Shown: positions 37,535 to 47,590 of the stretch, piece after piece | How the letters are laid out: each line of letters starts with the position of its first letter | Numbering within the stretch: position 1 is the first letter of the stretch | Source of the DNA: Candidatus Bathyarchaeia archaeon | GTDB lineage: Archaea > Thermoproteota > Bathyarchaeia > Bathyarchaeales > Bathycorpusculaceae | NCBI GenBank assembly: GCA_030019335.1 | Contig: JASEET010000005.1 | Span: forward strand, 25,962-89,961 | DNA length: 64,000 nt | Direction: 5' to 3' | Position numbers and translations under genes: made by a program | The notes under the pieces: generated by a model | What the model saw: only the letters and a program-made list of their open reading frames with translations | What the model was told of the DNA's origin: nothing | The model's database searches: none

Positions 37535-38004
37535 TCCATGCTTACTAGCCCAAACAAGTGAGAAAATATCGAACTAAAAAGGAAAGAGCATAGCATGTAC
37601 CACCAAAGGAGGGATGTCATATTTCCAAGCAATGGAAGCGGGAGTATAGATCCGACTCCCGGAAAGTATGCTATCGGAATAGGCCCATAAGATCCGCCTA
37701 AGATTTGCCACATAATTAATAGTGGAGCAATAATGATTAGCGTTACTTTTATTGATTGCCACATCATTTTCGATTGAAGTTGCAAAATATATTGCTGCTT
37801 CTTCATGAGCTTTTCTATACGTTTTTTGTCTCCACTACGTTGAGCCTTGCGCAGTTCTGCATTATACTCTGCAACCTCTTTTCTCCAAGCTTTCGATTTT
37901 TCTGGGTTTGTCAGAAGGCGATTCACTAGCGATGTCAGTAAAGAGATGGTAGCGGCTAGGAGAAATATGAAAATCGTGGAGAAAGGAATTTCAAGCGGAA
38001 GCAT
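37531..38004 (-). CDS. DUF106 (EMC3/TMCO1/YidC-like) membrane protein
   Basis: TM - coiled coil (KAQRSGDKKRIEKLMKKQQ) - TM topology; canonical position between adk and eL34. Confidence 0.75.
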   Translation of the reverse strand: MLPLEIPFSTIFIFLLAATISLLTSLVNRLLTNPEKSKAWRKEVAEYNAELRKAQRSGDKKRIEKLMKKQQYILQLQSKMMWQSIKVTLIIIAPLLIMWQILGGSYGPIPIAYFPGVGSILPLPLLGNMTSLLWWYMLCSFLFSSIFSHLFGLVSME

Positions 38005-38006
38005 TT

Positions 38007-38594
38007 CTATATTACTCCTAGGGCTTTTAATATTTCTTTTGCAGCTTCTTTTTGTTTTCCCTCAGCATTAATAACTATTTTTATTGGTGCACCCGTTAAA
38101 ACTGCACATGCTCCAGCCATAAGCCTTGAAAATAAAAGTTCTTGCTTAACTGCTTCCTCTACTGCTTCATCCCTTTTTCTAGTGGCGTCCTTCATTCTTC
38201 TCGATGAGATTTCGCTAGGCTTGGCTTCGATAAGCACGAACATCTCTGGTTTTAGGAGTTGCAGAACGTGAAACGGCAAGCCTGGAAGATATCCTCCAAT
38301 AGTTTTTATTGACATATGTGTGTCAATGATTGTTATGCCGTTTAGCTGCCTTATTTTTTCTGAAACTGCTTCAGCTACTTCCTTTTGCAGTTTACGCTGA
38401 AAATTAATGTCCGTTTTTCTCATAGCATCCCTTTCCATTCCCTTTTCGTATTTCTGAAGAATTTCAACCATGACTGTTCCATAATTCATTACATTAACCT
38501 CTACGCCAGCTTTTTTACCAAGCTTCTCAGCAACGTTGCAAACTGTGGTTTTTCCAGTTCCTGGAATTCCAGTAACAATTATTGTTTTATTCAT
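38007..38594 (-). CDS. adk: archaeal-type adenylate kinase
   Basis: IIVTGIPGTGKTT P-loop; follows secY. Confidence 0.85.
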   Translation of the reverse strand: MNKTIIVTGIPGTGKTTVCNVAEKLGKKAGVEVNVMNYGTVMVEILQKYEKGMERDAMRKTDINFQRKLQKEVAEAVSEKIRQLNGITIIDTHMSIKTIGGYLPGLPFHVLQLLKPEMFVLIEAKPSEISSRRMKDATRKRDEAVEEAVKQELLFSRLMAGACAVLTGAPIKIVINAEGKQKEAAKEILKALGVI

Positions 38595-38599
38595 GAGGT

Positions 38600-40027
38600 T
38601 TAGTCTCCGAATATTCGTCTAAAGGCTGGATATGTTTCGGCAACTCTTTCCCGCATTAATATCTGATAATACTGATAAACTATACCTACGGAAAGCAGAA
38701 TGCCCATTCCTGAACCGAAAACTCCGAAGAAATCTGAAACCCCAGCAATTAACCCCACAATTACTCCTCCAAGAACCGTAACGGCCGGGATGTAGCGTTT
38801 AAGAATGGATTCAACAGCCTTTCCAGACCGTCTATACCCTGGAATCTGCATACCAGCACCAACAAGTTGTTTGGCTACTGTTGATGGTCCTAGGCCGCCG
38901 ACTTCAAGCCATGTAAGCGAAAAAACAACACAAAAAGCAACAAGAATTCCAAGGTAGCCGAAAGCTCTCAGCGGGTCTTGCATAACACCTGTAAAACTGC
39001 GAGGTGAAATCACATAACACACAAGCCCTCCTACAGGTTCAAGACCGCCGCCTTCTGTGAAACGAAACTGTCCTAAAAGGTCAAGCCAAAAGTTTCGCCC
39101 AGGTGGAGGCTGACCGCTCCAGCTCCAGAAAAGCTGCGAAAAGAAATACACATTAGCGAAAAGAGCGGACGCAAAAATTACAGGAAGATTGGATACGTAT
39201 AAGAGTTTTATTGGATATCGGCTGCGGAAACCTCTGTAGCCAGCGTAGGATAATGGCAATTCCACTCTTACTCCTTCCATGTAAATTATAATTAGAAAGG
39301 TAGCTATTGTAACTATAAAGCCGAGCATGGACGGGTTTGGCTCTCTCAGCAAAAGCAGTGTCAGTGGTTCGCCACTCGACAAAACTTGAGCTAGAGCAAC
39401 AAAGAAGCCGTAACTTCTTCCAAGTTCGCCCACAGCAGGGGCGGGTGAGAAGCATTGCCAGAAAATTCCTTGCGCAACACCAGCCATAATAAACAGACTT
39501 ATGCCGCTGCCGAATCCCCAGCCTTTCTGGACAAGCTCATCCATTAATATGACAATTATTCCGGCTGCTAGGAGTTGCAGGAAAACGATGATAGCTGTCG
39601 TGCCTGGTAATGCGCCATACATTCCACCGATTATATATGCGGATGCTTGAACTCCTGTTAGGAATATTGAAAAGACTTTGCTGGCTGTTGTGAATAGACT
39701 TCTGTCTTCCGGACGTGACATGTCACAGTCTATCATGGCGGAACCAACCAAAAGCTGTAGTATTATCCCTGCTGTGACTATTGGACCTATGCCGAGCTCC
39801 ATGAGGGTGCCACGGCTTGAGGCAAAAATTATTCGGAGGGCGGCGAGTTCTCCCATCGCTGTTATTTCAATGCCGTAGAGTTGAATTTCAGCCATTATTA
39901 AGTAGATGATGAGTATAAGTGCCGTCCAGAAGAGCTTCTCATTGAATCGTACTCTGCGTTCCGGAGCCTTAATTTCCGGAATACCCCTAGCAACAGGTTT
40001 GAATAGGCTTAAGAATCTGCCAGCCAT
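38600..40027 (-). CDS. secY: preprotein translocase subunit SecY
   Basis: 475 aa, 10 TM, archaeal SecY N-terminus (PEIKAPERRVRFNEKLFWT). Confidence 0.95.
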   Translation of the reverse strand: MAGRFLSLFKPVARGIPEIKAPERRVRFNEKLFWTALILIIYLIMAEIQLYGIEITAMGELAALRIIFASSRGTLMELGIGPIVTAGIILQLLVGSAMIDCDMSRPEDRSLFTTASKVFSIFLTGVQASAYIIGGMYGALPGTTAIIVFLQLLAAGIIVILMDELVQKGWGFGSGISLFIMAGVAQGIFWQCFSPAPAVGELGRSYGFFVALAQVLSSGEPLTLLLLREPNPSMLGFIVTIATFLIIIYMEGVRVELPLSYAGYRGFRSRYPIKLLYVSNLPVIFASALFANVYFFSQLFWSWSGQPPPGRNFWLDLLGQFRFTEGGGLEPVGGLVCYVISPRSFTGVMQDPLRAFGYLGILVAFCVVFSLTWLEVGGLGPSTVAKQLVGAGMQIPGYRRSGKAVESILKRYIPAVTVLGGVIVGLIAGVSDFFGVFGSGMGILLSVGIVYQYYQILMRERVAETYPAFRRIFGD

Positions 40028-40482
40028 GGATTAACCGCTACCTTCCCCTGTTCTTGAACTTCTATTAAGATTTGTCCACCAGCTTCTTTTACTTTTTCAG
40101 CTGCAGACTTTGAATAAGACCTTACTTTCACAATTAATGGTTTTGTAACCTTGCCCGCACCGAGAAGTTTAGTGTAGCCAAGGCTTTCCAAATCTATAAA
40201 GAATTTATCCTCCTTCTTTTCTGCTGAAAGTTTTTCAGCTAATTCGTCAAGTGTTCCGACATTTATGCCATTCACTTTCTGTCTCAGACTTTTAGGCGAA
40301 GTGAATCCCCTTTTGCCAAAGTAATCTGGTTCATATTTTATCACGTATGTCCATTTATGTTTATGGAACCCTGCTTTCCCGTGCCCTCCTCTTTGTCCCC
40401 CTCCCCTGTGCTGCCCCACTCTACCAAAGCCATGAGTTCTTGAACCACGTTCCTTTCTGATTTTTCGAAGTTTATGCGGCAT
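40009..40482 (-). CDS. rpl15: 50S ribosomal protein uL15
   Basis: RKERGSRTHGFGRVGQHRGGGQRGGHGKAG. Confidence 0.92.
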   Translation of the reverse strand: MPHKLRKIRKERGSRTHGFGRVGQHRGGGQRGGHGKAGFHKHKWTYVIKYEPDYFGKRGFTSPKSLRQKVNGINVGTLDELAEKLSAEKKEDKFFIDLESLGYTKLLGAGKVTKPLIVKVRSYSKSAAEKVKEAGGQILIEVQEQGKVAVNPWLADS

Positions 40483-40485
40483 TTT

Positions 40486-40944
40486 CTAACCAACCACTTT
40501 GTCTACAGCCTTCTCTTCAATTGCCTTCCTTAACCGTATTTCAAATACCCCGTTTTTATATGTTGTGCGTATAGTGTTTGGAATCACCTTTTTTGGAAGA
40601 TTTAGACTTTTATAGTATTTTCGATCTGAGGCTTCAGCGGATAAGGTTAACCGTTGATTTTTTACATGGATTTTCAGATTTTCCCTCTTGAACCCTGCAA
40701 ACTGGGCGACGATTATTATTTCATTGCTTTCTTCAAGAATGTCGACTAAGGGTTCTGGCTCTTTCCATCTTCTTCCCCTATAAACCTTTGGAAGCCTATA
40801 TTTGTAGGGATACGCTCCCCTTTTAATCCTCGAGTTTTTGACGTGGAATATTTGACGATTTTTTCTGTTCTTAACTTTATCAAAGTCTCTGAAAACGTGG
40901 AACCGTCTTGAACGTTTTTTATATCTTCGCCACTTCGCGCTCAA
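40486..40944 (-). CDS. Hsp20/alpha-crystallin-domain protein with a highly basic 60-aa N-terminal extension
   Basis: PLVDILEESNEIIIVAQFAGFKRENLKIHVKNQRLTLSAE...YKNGVFEIRLRK is an ACD. The N-terminus is SAKWRRYKKRSRRFH...RGRRWK. Confidence 0.7.
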   Translation of the reverse strand: MSAKWRRYKKRSRRFHVFRDFDKVKNRKNRQIFHVKNSRIKRGAYPYKYRLPKVYRGRRWKEPEPLVDILEESNEIIIVAQFAGFKRENLKIHVKNQRLTLSAEASDRKYYKSLNLPKKVIPNTIRTTYKNGVFEIRLRKAIEEKAVDKVVG

Positions 40945-41023
40945 TTAGTCTTCTCCTCGGATACAATGGCATCCAGAAAGTAACTATAAAATGTATCGCA
41001 AACAAAACGTCAAAAGTTAAAAT

Positions 41024-41524
41024 TCAGATCATTCGCCTTATTAGCTCGTTGATTTTTTCTTCACGGTATCCCAGCTCGCCTCCCATACCACAACCCTTTT
41101 TTATTTTTCCTTTGAAACCTTTAGTTGGCGGATGCAACCTAAAAACTGGTTGCATATTTGGCAATTTCCGATATTCAACATGACAGTCGAATATTGCTCC
41201 CGCAAGGTCTTCTAATGATTTGTAACCGATTTTCTGTGCATATTCATCTGTTAACTTCTTGTTTCCAGCAAGTCTTCCTCTTTCTTTTATTAGCATGTTT
41301 ACGATTTCCTTTGAGGCTTCGCCCCATGTAACGAAATTTTGTGCTGTTTTCAGCATTCCGAGGAATGATGGGCGATTGTCGATTAACACAGCGTAATTGT
41401 TTCTTATCAAGTGAAGCATTTGGAGGGTTTCTCTGGCTTGTCGTGGGGCCCTAATGGTTCCGCGAATTCTTATGGCTATTATACATTTGCGTTTCTTTGC
41501 TTCTTTAGACACTATCTCACCCAA
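41024..41524 (-). CDS. rpl30: 50S ribosomal protein uL30
   Basis: IAIRIRGTIRAPRQARETLQMLHL. Confidence 0.9.
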   Translation of the reverse strand: MGEIVSKEAKKRKCIIAIRIRGTIRAPRQARETLQMLHLIRNNYAVLIDNRPSFLGMLKTAQNFVTWGEASKEIVNMLIKERGRLAGNKKLTDEYAQKIGYKSLEDLAGAIFDCHVEYRKLPNMQPVFRLHPPTKGFKGKIKKGCGMGGELGYREEKINELIRRMI

Positions 41525-42153
41525 TCAACTGGAGTTATGAGACTGTAAGTTTTCTTTAATGCGTCGAAAACAGCATATGCAAAGGAGGGAACAGTTCTCG
41601 TTGAACCATAACTTCTTGTCCAGCAATCGTTTATGCCCGCAAGTCCAAAAATGACTTTTGCCACTTCGCTGGCTACAAGACCTAACCCTCTTGGTCCAGG
41701 GATAATAACGATTCTTACGGCGCCGCATTTTCCCTCGATTTGGAATGGCGCTGAATGAGGCTTGCCACATCCACATTCCCAGCTTCCACATCCCCTTCTA
41801 ACTGGAACGATGTTTAGACGAGCGTTCATAGCAGCCTTTTCTATGGCTGTTCGTACCTGACGTGCTTTTCCAGACCCTAAGCCAATGTAGCCGTCTCTGT
41901 TTCCAACAGCAACTATTGCCTTAAACCTTGATTTTTCGCCAGCGTCTGTTTGTTTTTGAACCAGATTTATGTTTATGACTTCTTCTTGGATGTCAGGAAG
42001 TAACGTGTCCACAATTTGTGGTTCATGTATTCGTAAACCTTCCATAAAAATCTCTTCAATGGATGTGATTCTACCCTCTTGTATCATTTTTCCAAGACTA
42101 GTTCTAGGAATCCACTGCTCAAGATTTACTGCTGTTCTCCTCGATCGTCTCAA
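41512..42153 (-). CDS. rps5: 30S ribosomal protein uS5
   Basis: [32 protein letters not shown]. Confidence 0.93.
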   Translation of the reverse strand: MRRSRRTAVNLEQWIPRTSLGKMIQEGRITSIEEIFMEGLRIHEPQIVDTLLPDIQEEVININLVQKQTDAGEKSRFKAIVAVGNRDGYIGLGSGKARQVRTAIEKAAMNARLNIVPVRRGCGSWECGCGKPHSAPFQIEGKCGAVRIVIIPGPRGLGLVASEVAKVIFGLAGINDCWTRSYGSTRTVPSFAYAVFDALKKTYSLITPVDWVR

Positions 42154-42755
42154 GTCTTCTTACCTCCACGGAATGTTGCAAGTATACTTTTTTTAATTTG
42201 TTCAAAATGTTTTGGAAGTTTTTCCGGGGAGAGCTTCTGTTCCAGATATTTTGAAAATCTAGCTTGGTATTCTTCGGAGTTGGAGGCTAAACTTTGTGCG
42301 TACTCTGCAATATGTTCGCCTTTTATCCTCTTTTCATCCGGCAGCTTCTCTTCGCTGTGGGGCACGTTCACTCCAGCGTCTAAAACACCCTTTAACACTG
42401 CGAAAACTCTCGCGCCCTTTGTAGGCGAATGTAATCCTGTGTCTAAAATGGCTTCTTTTACACCTTCTGCTTTGGCTTTTAATCCGCAGAGAAGACCCGT
42501 TAGATAGGCTGCTGGAAGACTTCCTCTAGGAGCCTTCCACCCATACTTTTTAGCTAGTTCTCCGCCATGTGCTGAAAGTATGGCTTCGTCTCCATGAGGT
42601 TTAGCCACAATTATCTGAGCAATCATGTTTTTGAGTGAGCCGCGGACTACCAAGCGTGGTTTTCCAGAAAGCACTAACGCCTTCCTTGCTCTGTAATCTG
42701 TTTTTCCCTCCCTTCTTCGTCGAAATGGAACACAATAACGTGGTCCCTTTGCCAT
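42150..42755 (-). CDS. rpl18: 50S ribosomal protein uL18
   Basis: [21 protein letters not shown] 42755 forms an ATGA overlap with the eL19 stop. Confidence 0.92.
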   Translation of the reverse strand: MAKGPRYCVPFRRRREGKTDYRARKALVLSGKPRLVVRGSLKNMIAQIIVAKPHGDEAILSAHGGELAKKYGWKAPRGSLPAAYLTGLLCGLKAKAEGVKEAILDTGLHSPTKGARVFAVLKGVLDAGVNVPHSEEKLPDEKRIKGEHIAEYAQSLASNSEEYQARFSKYLEQKLSPEKLPKHFEQIKKSILATFRGGKKT

Positions 42756-43210
42756 CAGCGTTTCCTCCAAAGTTCATGCGCCTTTAAGTAGCGTTCCATG
42801 TCGGCAATAGACTCGAATCTTCCGCTGCTTGCCATCTTGTAAAGCTTTCGATAAGTGTTTTCAGTGATTATTCTGCTGGTTTTTAGTTCACGCAGCCTCT
42901 TTCTTAAGGCTCGAATCTTGCTCATCCACGCCTCTTTCTTAGAGATTTTTGCGTGGGACGCCCCGCTTCTGCTGCCTGGCACACGTCTCCGCCCCTTCTT
43001 TTTCTTTTCATGTAGAATTCGTGCTCTCGCGCGGCTTACACCCTTTTCCGGCAGTGATTTAATGACGCCTTCATGAATTAGTTTTCTGATTTCATCTCTA
43101 GTTATAGCTACTTCCACATCATCTATTCTTTCAGAGTCTATCCACACGCGGTTTTGTCCAACTTTAAGTATCTGTGCTGCTAGACGTCGTTGACTTTTAA
43201 GACCTGTCAC
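42755..43210 (-). CDS. rpl19e: 50S ribosomal protein eL19
   Basis: [22 protein letters not shown]. Confidence 0.92.
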   Translation of the reverse strand: MTGLKSQRRLAAQILKVGQNRVWIDSERIDDVEVAITRDEIRKLIHEGVIKSLPEKGVSRARARILHEKKKKGRRRVPGSRSGASHAKISKKEAWMSKIRALRKRLRELKTSRIITENTYRKLYKMASSGRFESIADMERYLKAHELWRKR

Positions 43211-43719
43211 TGTTTTTCTGTCCTCCTTTTCAGTTTCTTTGACTTCTTTTGTCTCCTTTTCGGTTTTTCTTTTTCTACTATTTCCGTTTCTTCTTCCTTT
43301 TCTTCTTTTCTAAACGCTTCCTTAGCTTCTTTAAGATTTAGAATAGTTATTTTCCTCTTTCTCGCTTCAACAAGGATTTTAGCTCTTTTTCTTTTACCAA
43401 CCGTGTGTGCAATTCTTACGGCTTGGGTTTTCGGGTTGATTTCTGCAAGTTCTTCAGCATTGTATACTAAAACTTCTCTGTAGCCTGACGGGTGAAGCCC
43501 CCTTGCCGCTTTTGGTCCTCTGTATCCAGCGGTTACGGTGGGCGGCCAACCCTTGATTTTCCTTCGCATCTTGTTGTCTAATCCTCTTGGTCTACGCCAG
43601 CTTTTCTTCAAGCGTTTGTACCGCCAGCTTTCTTGTCTAACGAATTTAGGCTTCTTCTTTTTCATTCGTTCTCTCAGTTTCAACGTTTTTTTCACGGAAG
43701 CTGCGTCTTGTTCTGTCAT
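43207..43719 (-). CDS. rpl32e: 50S ribosomal protein eL32 with Lys/Glu-rich C-terminal tail
   Basis: RQESWRYKRLKKSWRRPRGLDNKMR; tail ...KEEKEEETEIVEKEKPKRRQKKSKKLKRR. Confidence 0.9.
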   Translation of the reverse strand: MTEQDAASVKKTLKLRERMKKKKPKFVRQESWRYKRLKKSWRRPRGLDNKMRRKIKGWPPTVTAGYRGPKAARGLHPSGYREVLVYNAEELAEINPKTQAVRIAHTVGKRKRAKILVEARKRKITILNLKEAKEAFRKEEKEEETEIVEKEKPKRRQKKSKKLKRRTEKQ

Positions 43720-44264
43720 TCTTCCATTCCCTCGCTTTTTTTATACACGTATATGCCGTCCAAGAAAACACGGGGGTCTTTCTTTTTCACTTTGGTGGCT
43801 TGTTCGATGTTTGCTGCTGTTTGGCTTACATCTTCGAGGTTTATGCCTTGAACTATTACGTCTTCGCTTTGAATCTTGATTTGGACGTCGCCCACTATTT
43901 TGGCTTTTCTTGCGCTGCGTTCACCTGTGAAGTTTTCAATCAAAACTGTTTTATCCTTAACCTTAACTGAAATTGGGAAGTGGGAGAAAACTATTTTGAG
44001 TTTGTATGTGAAGCCTTTTCTAACTCCAGTAATAATGTTTTGGATGTGTGAACAAATTGTGCCTACAAGGGCTGCCTCTTTCTTACGTGGCCATTCAGTC
44101 CATATGCGAATGGTTTTTCCTTGAAGCTCAATTGAGAATGGAGCGTGAGAGAAGTCTCGGGTTAACGTTCCCTTTACACCCTTAACCGTGACTTTTCTCC
44201 CTTCGATTGTCACTTCTACGTCGTCTGGAACTTGAATGGTTTTTGAGACTTCTATGGCTCGCAT
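43716..44264 (-). CDS. rpl6: 50S ribosomal protein uL6
   Basis: Two-repeat uL6 pattern (VTIEGRKVTVKGVKGTL...). Confidence 0.9.
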   Translation of the reverse strand: MRAIEVSKTIQVPDDVEVTIEGRKVTVKGVKGTLTRDFSHAPFSIELQGKTIRIWTEWPRKKEAALVGTICSHIQNIITGVRKGFTYKLKIVFSHFPISVKVKDKTVLIENFTGERSARKAKIVGDVQIKIQSEDVIVQGINLEDVSQTAANIEQATKVKKKDPRVFLDGIYVYKKSEGMEE

Positions 44265-44278
44265 TTGAGGTCACTTTT

Positions 44279-44680
44279 CTAATAAACGAACGCTAGCAAT
44301 CTGCCTCCGATGCGTTTTTGCTTTGCCTCTTTGTGGGATAACACTCCCTTGGGGGTTGAGACAATTAATATGCCTACTTCTCTTGATGGGAGGAATTTTT
44401 TCTCCCATTCTTCAAATTTGTCCACTTTCGCCGGAAAACGCGGTCTGATGCCTCCACATTTGTTTATTCTTCCTAAAAGTTGAACCTTGAATTTTCCGGA
44501 GCGACCGTCATCAATGAATTCGAATTCTCCGATGTAACCATTTAACTGCATAACCCTTAAAACTCTGCCTAAAAGTTTAGAGGCTGGACTAATTATGCAT
44601 TCACGTTTGTTGCGCATCTCATTGTTTATGATTGTTGTTAAACCGTTTGCCAAAGGCTCCATCGCGATTTTCCTCATCAT
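44279..44680 (-). CDS. rps8: 30S ribosomal protein uS8
   Basis: [19 protein letters not shown]...[13 protein letters not shown]. Confidence 0.9.
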   Translation of the reverse strand: MMRKIAMEPLANGLTTIINNEMRNKRECIISPASKLLGRVLRVMQLNGYIGEFEFIDDGRSGKFKVQLLGRINKCGGIRPRFPAKVDKFEEWEKKFLPSREVGILIVSTPKGVLSHKEAKQKRIGGRLLAFVY

Positions 44681-44841
44681 TCATATTTTTTGAACCCGAG
44701 TTTTTTGGCTACTTCTCTAAAACAATGCCGACATAAATATAAATTGTAACGTCGAATAACTGGTCCGTAAGACCCGCACCTGCTGCATGATCTGGTTCCT
44801 TTGCCGTATTTTCTTTCCTTTTTAGGTTTCTTTTTGCCCAT
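44677..44841 (-). CDS. rps14: 30S ribosomal protein uS14 (zinc-binding type Z)
   Basis: Own translation (below the track cutoff): [58 protein letters not shown] overlap with uS8. Confidence 0.88.
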   Translation of the reverse strand: MGKKKPKKERKYGKGTRSCSRCGSYGPVIRRYNLYLCRHCFREVAKKLGFKKYE

Positions 44842-44859
44842 ATGCATTTTCTCCAATAA

Positions 44860-45399
44860 CTATACTATTTCAACTCTCAAAACATCTTTAACGAACACCA
44901 TGGTTTCTTTAGGTGTTAAAACATGTTTTGAGCCGATTTTCGCTTTTTGTTTCCGCCTGTTTTTCACTCGGTATCCGGGACGGCTAAAGGAGATACAGAC
45001 GTCCATGCCGAATATGCCCACTTCAGGATCATATTTTACTCCTGGAATTTCTATGTGCTCTTTTATGCCGAAGGAAAAATTGCCAAATTTGTCAAAACAA
45101 TCTTTGGAGAATTTATTGTCAACTACGGGCAAAACTTTCTTCAAGAATTCTATTGCCCTATGCTTTCTAAGCGTTACGAGACACGCTATTGGTTCACCCC
45201 TTCTGACTCCGAACTCTCTAATGGTTTTCTTGGCTTTTCTCTTGCATGGATTTTGACCAGTTAAATCTTTTAGAACCCTTGCAGCCCTTTCCAAAGGTTC
45301 CCCTGACTTTCCAACACTCATGTTAACAACAACTTTCTCAATTCTTGGTCTAAGCATAGGGTTTTCCTCCCATCTCTTTCGAATTTCATCCTCAGACAA
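44860..45399 (-). CDS. rpl5: 50S ribosomal protein uL5
   Basis: NPMLRPRIEKVVVNMSVG...FGIKEHIEIPG. Confidence 0.92.
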   Translation of the reverse strand: MSEDEIRKRWEENPMLRPRIEKVVVNMSVGKSGEPLERAARVLKDLTGQNPCKRKAKKTIREFGVRRGEPIACLVTLRKHRAIEFLKKVLPVVDNKFSKDCFDKFGNFSFGIKEHIEIPGVKYDPEVGIFGMDVCISFSRPGYRVKNRRKQKAKIGSKHVLTPKETMVFVKDVLRVEIV

Positions 45400-46159
45400 C
45401 TTCAGCTGCCTCCGGTATGGATATAAGGGGCTGTTTTTCGCCTATTGCGAAAACAAGGTTCAAGATTGTTTGGTAACGGTTACCTCTTCTATCCTCGATT
45501 GTTACAAGGATGTTTCTACGCTTCTTCCCCTCCGCCTTTTCGATTTCAACTATTTTGCCATATTTCCCAATGTTTTTCCCGCCAGTTATTATCGCAAAAT
45601 CATTCTCTTTCATTGTTATATATTCAAGAATTTGCCTTTCTGGAAGGCTTATTTTCACCGTGTCAAGAGTTTTATAAACGTCCTCTTGCGGATTTTTAGG
45701 GTCAGCAACCTTCACCAATACGTTTGAGCCGTCGTGAAGGCTAAGTTGCACATGTCCATTCTTAACAACAGTTTTGTTTTCTATTCTGCATAGCTTGAAG
45801 CTTGCTTCTCCTTTATCGGTTGGATGGAGGATTAAGCCTTTGCTGGAAGGTAGTATACGGAAGCATTTGTCAACATCCGGTATAGAAATAACATCCATCA
45901 AACCTACTGGAAAGTCGTCTTCACGCCTAACCTTTCCATCAACATACACTTTTCCTTGCGAAACTATTTTTTTAGCCTCTTTCCTTGTTTTGGCGAATCC
46001 GAGAATGTCCCGTAGAATTACAGCCAGAGGCAGACAGTTTCCAAGGGACTGAGGTCCAGGGGAGGGTTTCACAACCCAGACAGACTCCTTTCTATGGATT
46101 GGCCAGAATCTCGGCGCGGGTTTACGCTTTAACCCTGTGGATCCCCCTTTCTTACCCAA
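45392..46159 (-). CDS. rps4e: 30S ribosomal protein eS4
   Basis: LKRKPAPRFWPIHRKE...; TTG start after GGAGG. Confidence 0.92.
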   Translation of the reverse strand: MGKKGGSTGLKRKPAPRFWPIHRKESVWVVKPSPGPQSLGNCLPLAVILRDILGFAKTRKEAKKIVSQGKVYVDGKVRREDDFPVGLMDVISIPDVDKCFRILPSSKGLILHPTDKGEASFKLCRIENKTVVKNGHVQLSLHDGSNVLVKVADPKNPQEDVYKTLDTVKISLPERQILEYITMKENDFAIITGGKNIGKYGKIVEIEKAEGKKRRNILVTIEDRRGNRYQTILNLVFAIGEKQPLISIPEAAEVV

Positions 46160-46291
46160 ATTATGTTCCTCCTTCAGTTTTCTTGGCGGTTTTTCGTTTA
46201 GCTCTTGTTTTCTTTGCTTTCGGCTTCTTTTCCTCTTCGGCTTTCTTTTTCTTCGTCTTTTTCACTCTTTTCCGTTCCTTCGGTTTTTCTT

Positions 46292-46819
46292 CTATTTTTT
46301 CTCGGCTGGTTTTTTAGCCACCTTTCTTCTTTTCGGCCTCTTTTTTGGGATTTTCTCTTCCATGCCCCCTTTTTCTTTAATAACCTCTTCTTTTATCTCC
46401 ACAACTTCTTCTGGAGGTTTCTCTTCAATCCCTTCCATTTTCTCGCGGGCTTCTTTTCTTCTTTCCAGAACTTTCTTTCGCCATTTGTCATCAAGGTTTA
46501 AGCCTGTTATCATAACCTTTGAGGGGTGTATCGGAACAAATATTGTTGTTCCGTCAACTTTTTCTCGTGTTAAGCCTTCAACATAAATTCTATATTTCTC
46601 TCTGTCTATGCGTGTGACTTTTCCTTCGAATCCTTTGTGGTCTCCTCGCATTATGTGAACTGTGTCGCCGCTTCTAACCGGTAGGACTCTCACTCCATGT
46701 GAGGTTCTTAGTTTTGGTGAGAGGGGTGCTGCGAAATGTTTGTGGCGTATGTGGTCTGGTGCTTGGAAGAGCATTTTTCTCTGTTTTGTTGGTTTTGTTA
46801 CTGGTTTTGTTGCTTGCAT
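46292..46819 (-). CDS. rpl24: 50S ribosomal protein uL24 with long Lys/Glu-rich tail (tail may continue to 46161 if the T6 run 46295-46300 is one base short)
   Basis: VRSGDTVHIMRGDHKGFEGKVTRID KOW core. The 132-nt gap to eS4 keeps an open K-rich frame. Confidence 0.88.
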   Translation of the reverse strand: MQATKPVTKPTKQRKMLFQAPDHIRHKHFAAPLSPKLRTSHGVRVLPVRSGDTVHIMRGDHKGFEGKVTRIDREKYRIYVEGLTREKVDGTTIFVPIHPSKVMITGLNLDDKWRKKVLERRKEAREKMEGIEEKPPEEVVEIKEEVIKEKGGMEEKIPKKRPKRRKVAKKPAEKK

Positions 46820-46829
46820 GTGCTTCCCC

Positions 46830-47270
46830 CTATATTATTATGCTGGCGGCGCTTGCTATTCTCGGCCATCTTTCAGCAGCCTCTTTCGCCACGGGTCCGC
46901 GAATGTCTGAGCCTTTCATTTCTCCATCTGGAGTTATTATCACTGCTGCGTTATCTTCGAATTGAACCCAGACGCCTTCAGCCCTTCTGTAGGGTTTTCT
47001 CTGTCTTACAACCACTGCATGGAAGATTTTCTTTCTCATGTCCGGTGTTCCATGTCTAACTGAAACTGTTATTCTGTCGCCCACTGCGGCTGATGGGATA
47101 CGTCGTAAACGTCCTTTATAGCCCATCGCTTGAATTAGTCGCAGTTCTTTGGCTCCTGTGTTGTCTGCACATTTCAGGATTGAACCAGCGGGTAGTCCTC
47201 TTGAAATTTTTGGTCTCTGCCCTATCATTCCCTTTGCAATTAACGCCCTCATTTTTGCCCTTGCAGCCAT
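46830..47270 (-). CDS. rpl14: 50S ribosomal protein uL14
   Basis: LKCADNTGAKELRLI...AVVVRQRKPYRR. Confidence 0.92.
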   Translation of the reverse strand: MAARAKMRALIAKGMIGQRPKISRGLPAGSILKCADNTGAKELRLIQAMGYKGRLRRIPSAAVGDRITVSVRHGTPDMRKKIFHAVVVRQRKPYRRAEGVWVQFEDNAAVIITPDGEMKGSDIRGPVAKEAAERWPRIASAASIII

Positions 47271-47272
47271 TT

Positions 47273-47590
47273 TTACTTCTCCTCCAGTTTTTCAACAACA
47301 ACAAATGCTACTGTTTTGCTTATGGGACGGCATTCAGCTATTCTGACGCGGTCTCCTTCCTTCGCGTTTATGCATGGTGGGTTATGACTTGGGATGCGGC
47401 TGCTTCTTCTTTCGTATCTCATAAATTTTGGAACGTAGTAAAAGTAGTCGCGTTTAACAATGACTGTTTTATCCATTTTTGCGCTGACAACTGCGCCTTC
47501 CAAGACGCGGCCTCTTACTGGAAGGTCGCCGTGGAAGGGACAGTTTCTGTCATTACATGTTTTCTTAGGCTTTTTAAAAGTCAGTGACAT
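47273..47590 (-). CDS. rps17: 30S ribosomal protein uS17
   Basis: CNDRNCPFHGDLPVRGRVLEGAVVSAKMDKTVIV. Confidence 0.92.
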   Translation of the reverse strand: MSLTFKKPKKTCNDRNCPFHGDLPVRGRVLEGAVVSAKMDKTVIVKRDYFYYVPKFMRYERRSSRIPSHNPPCINAKEGDRVRIAECRPISKTVAFVVVEKLEEK

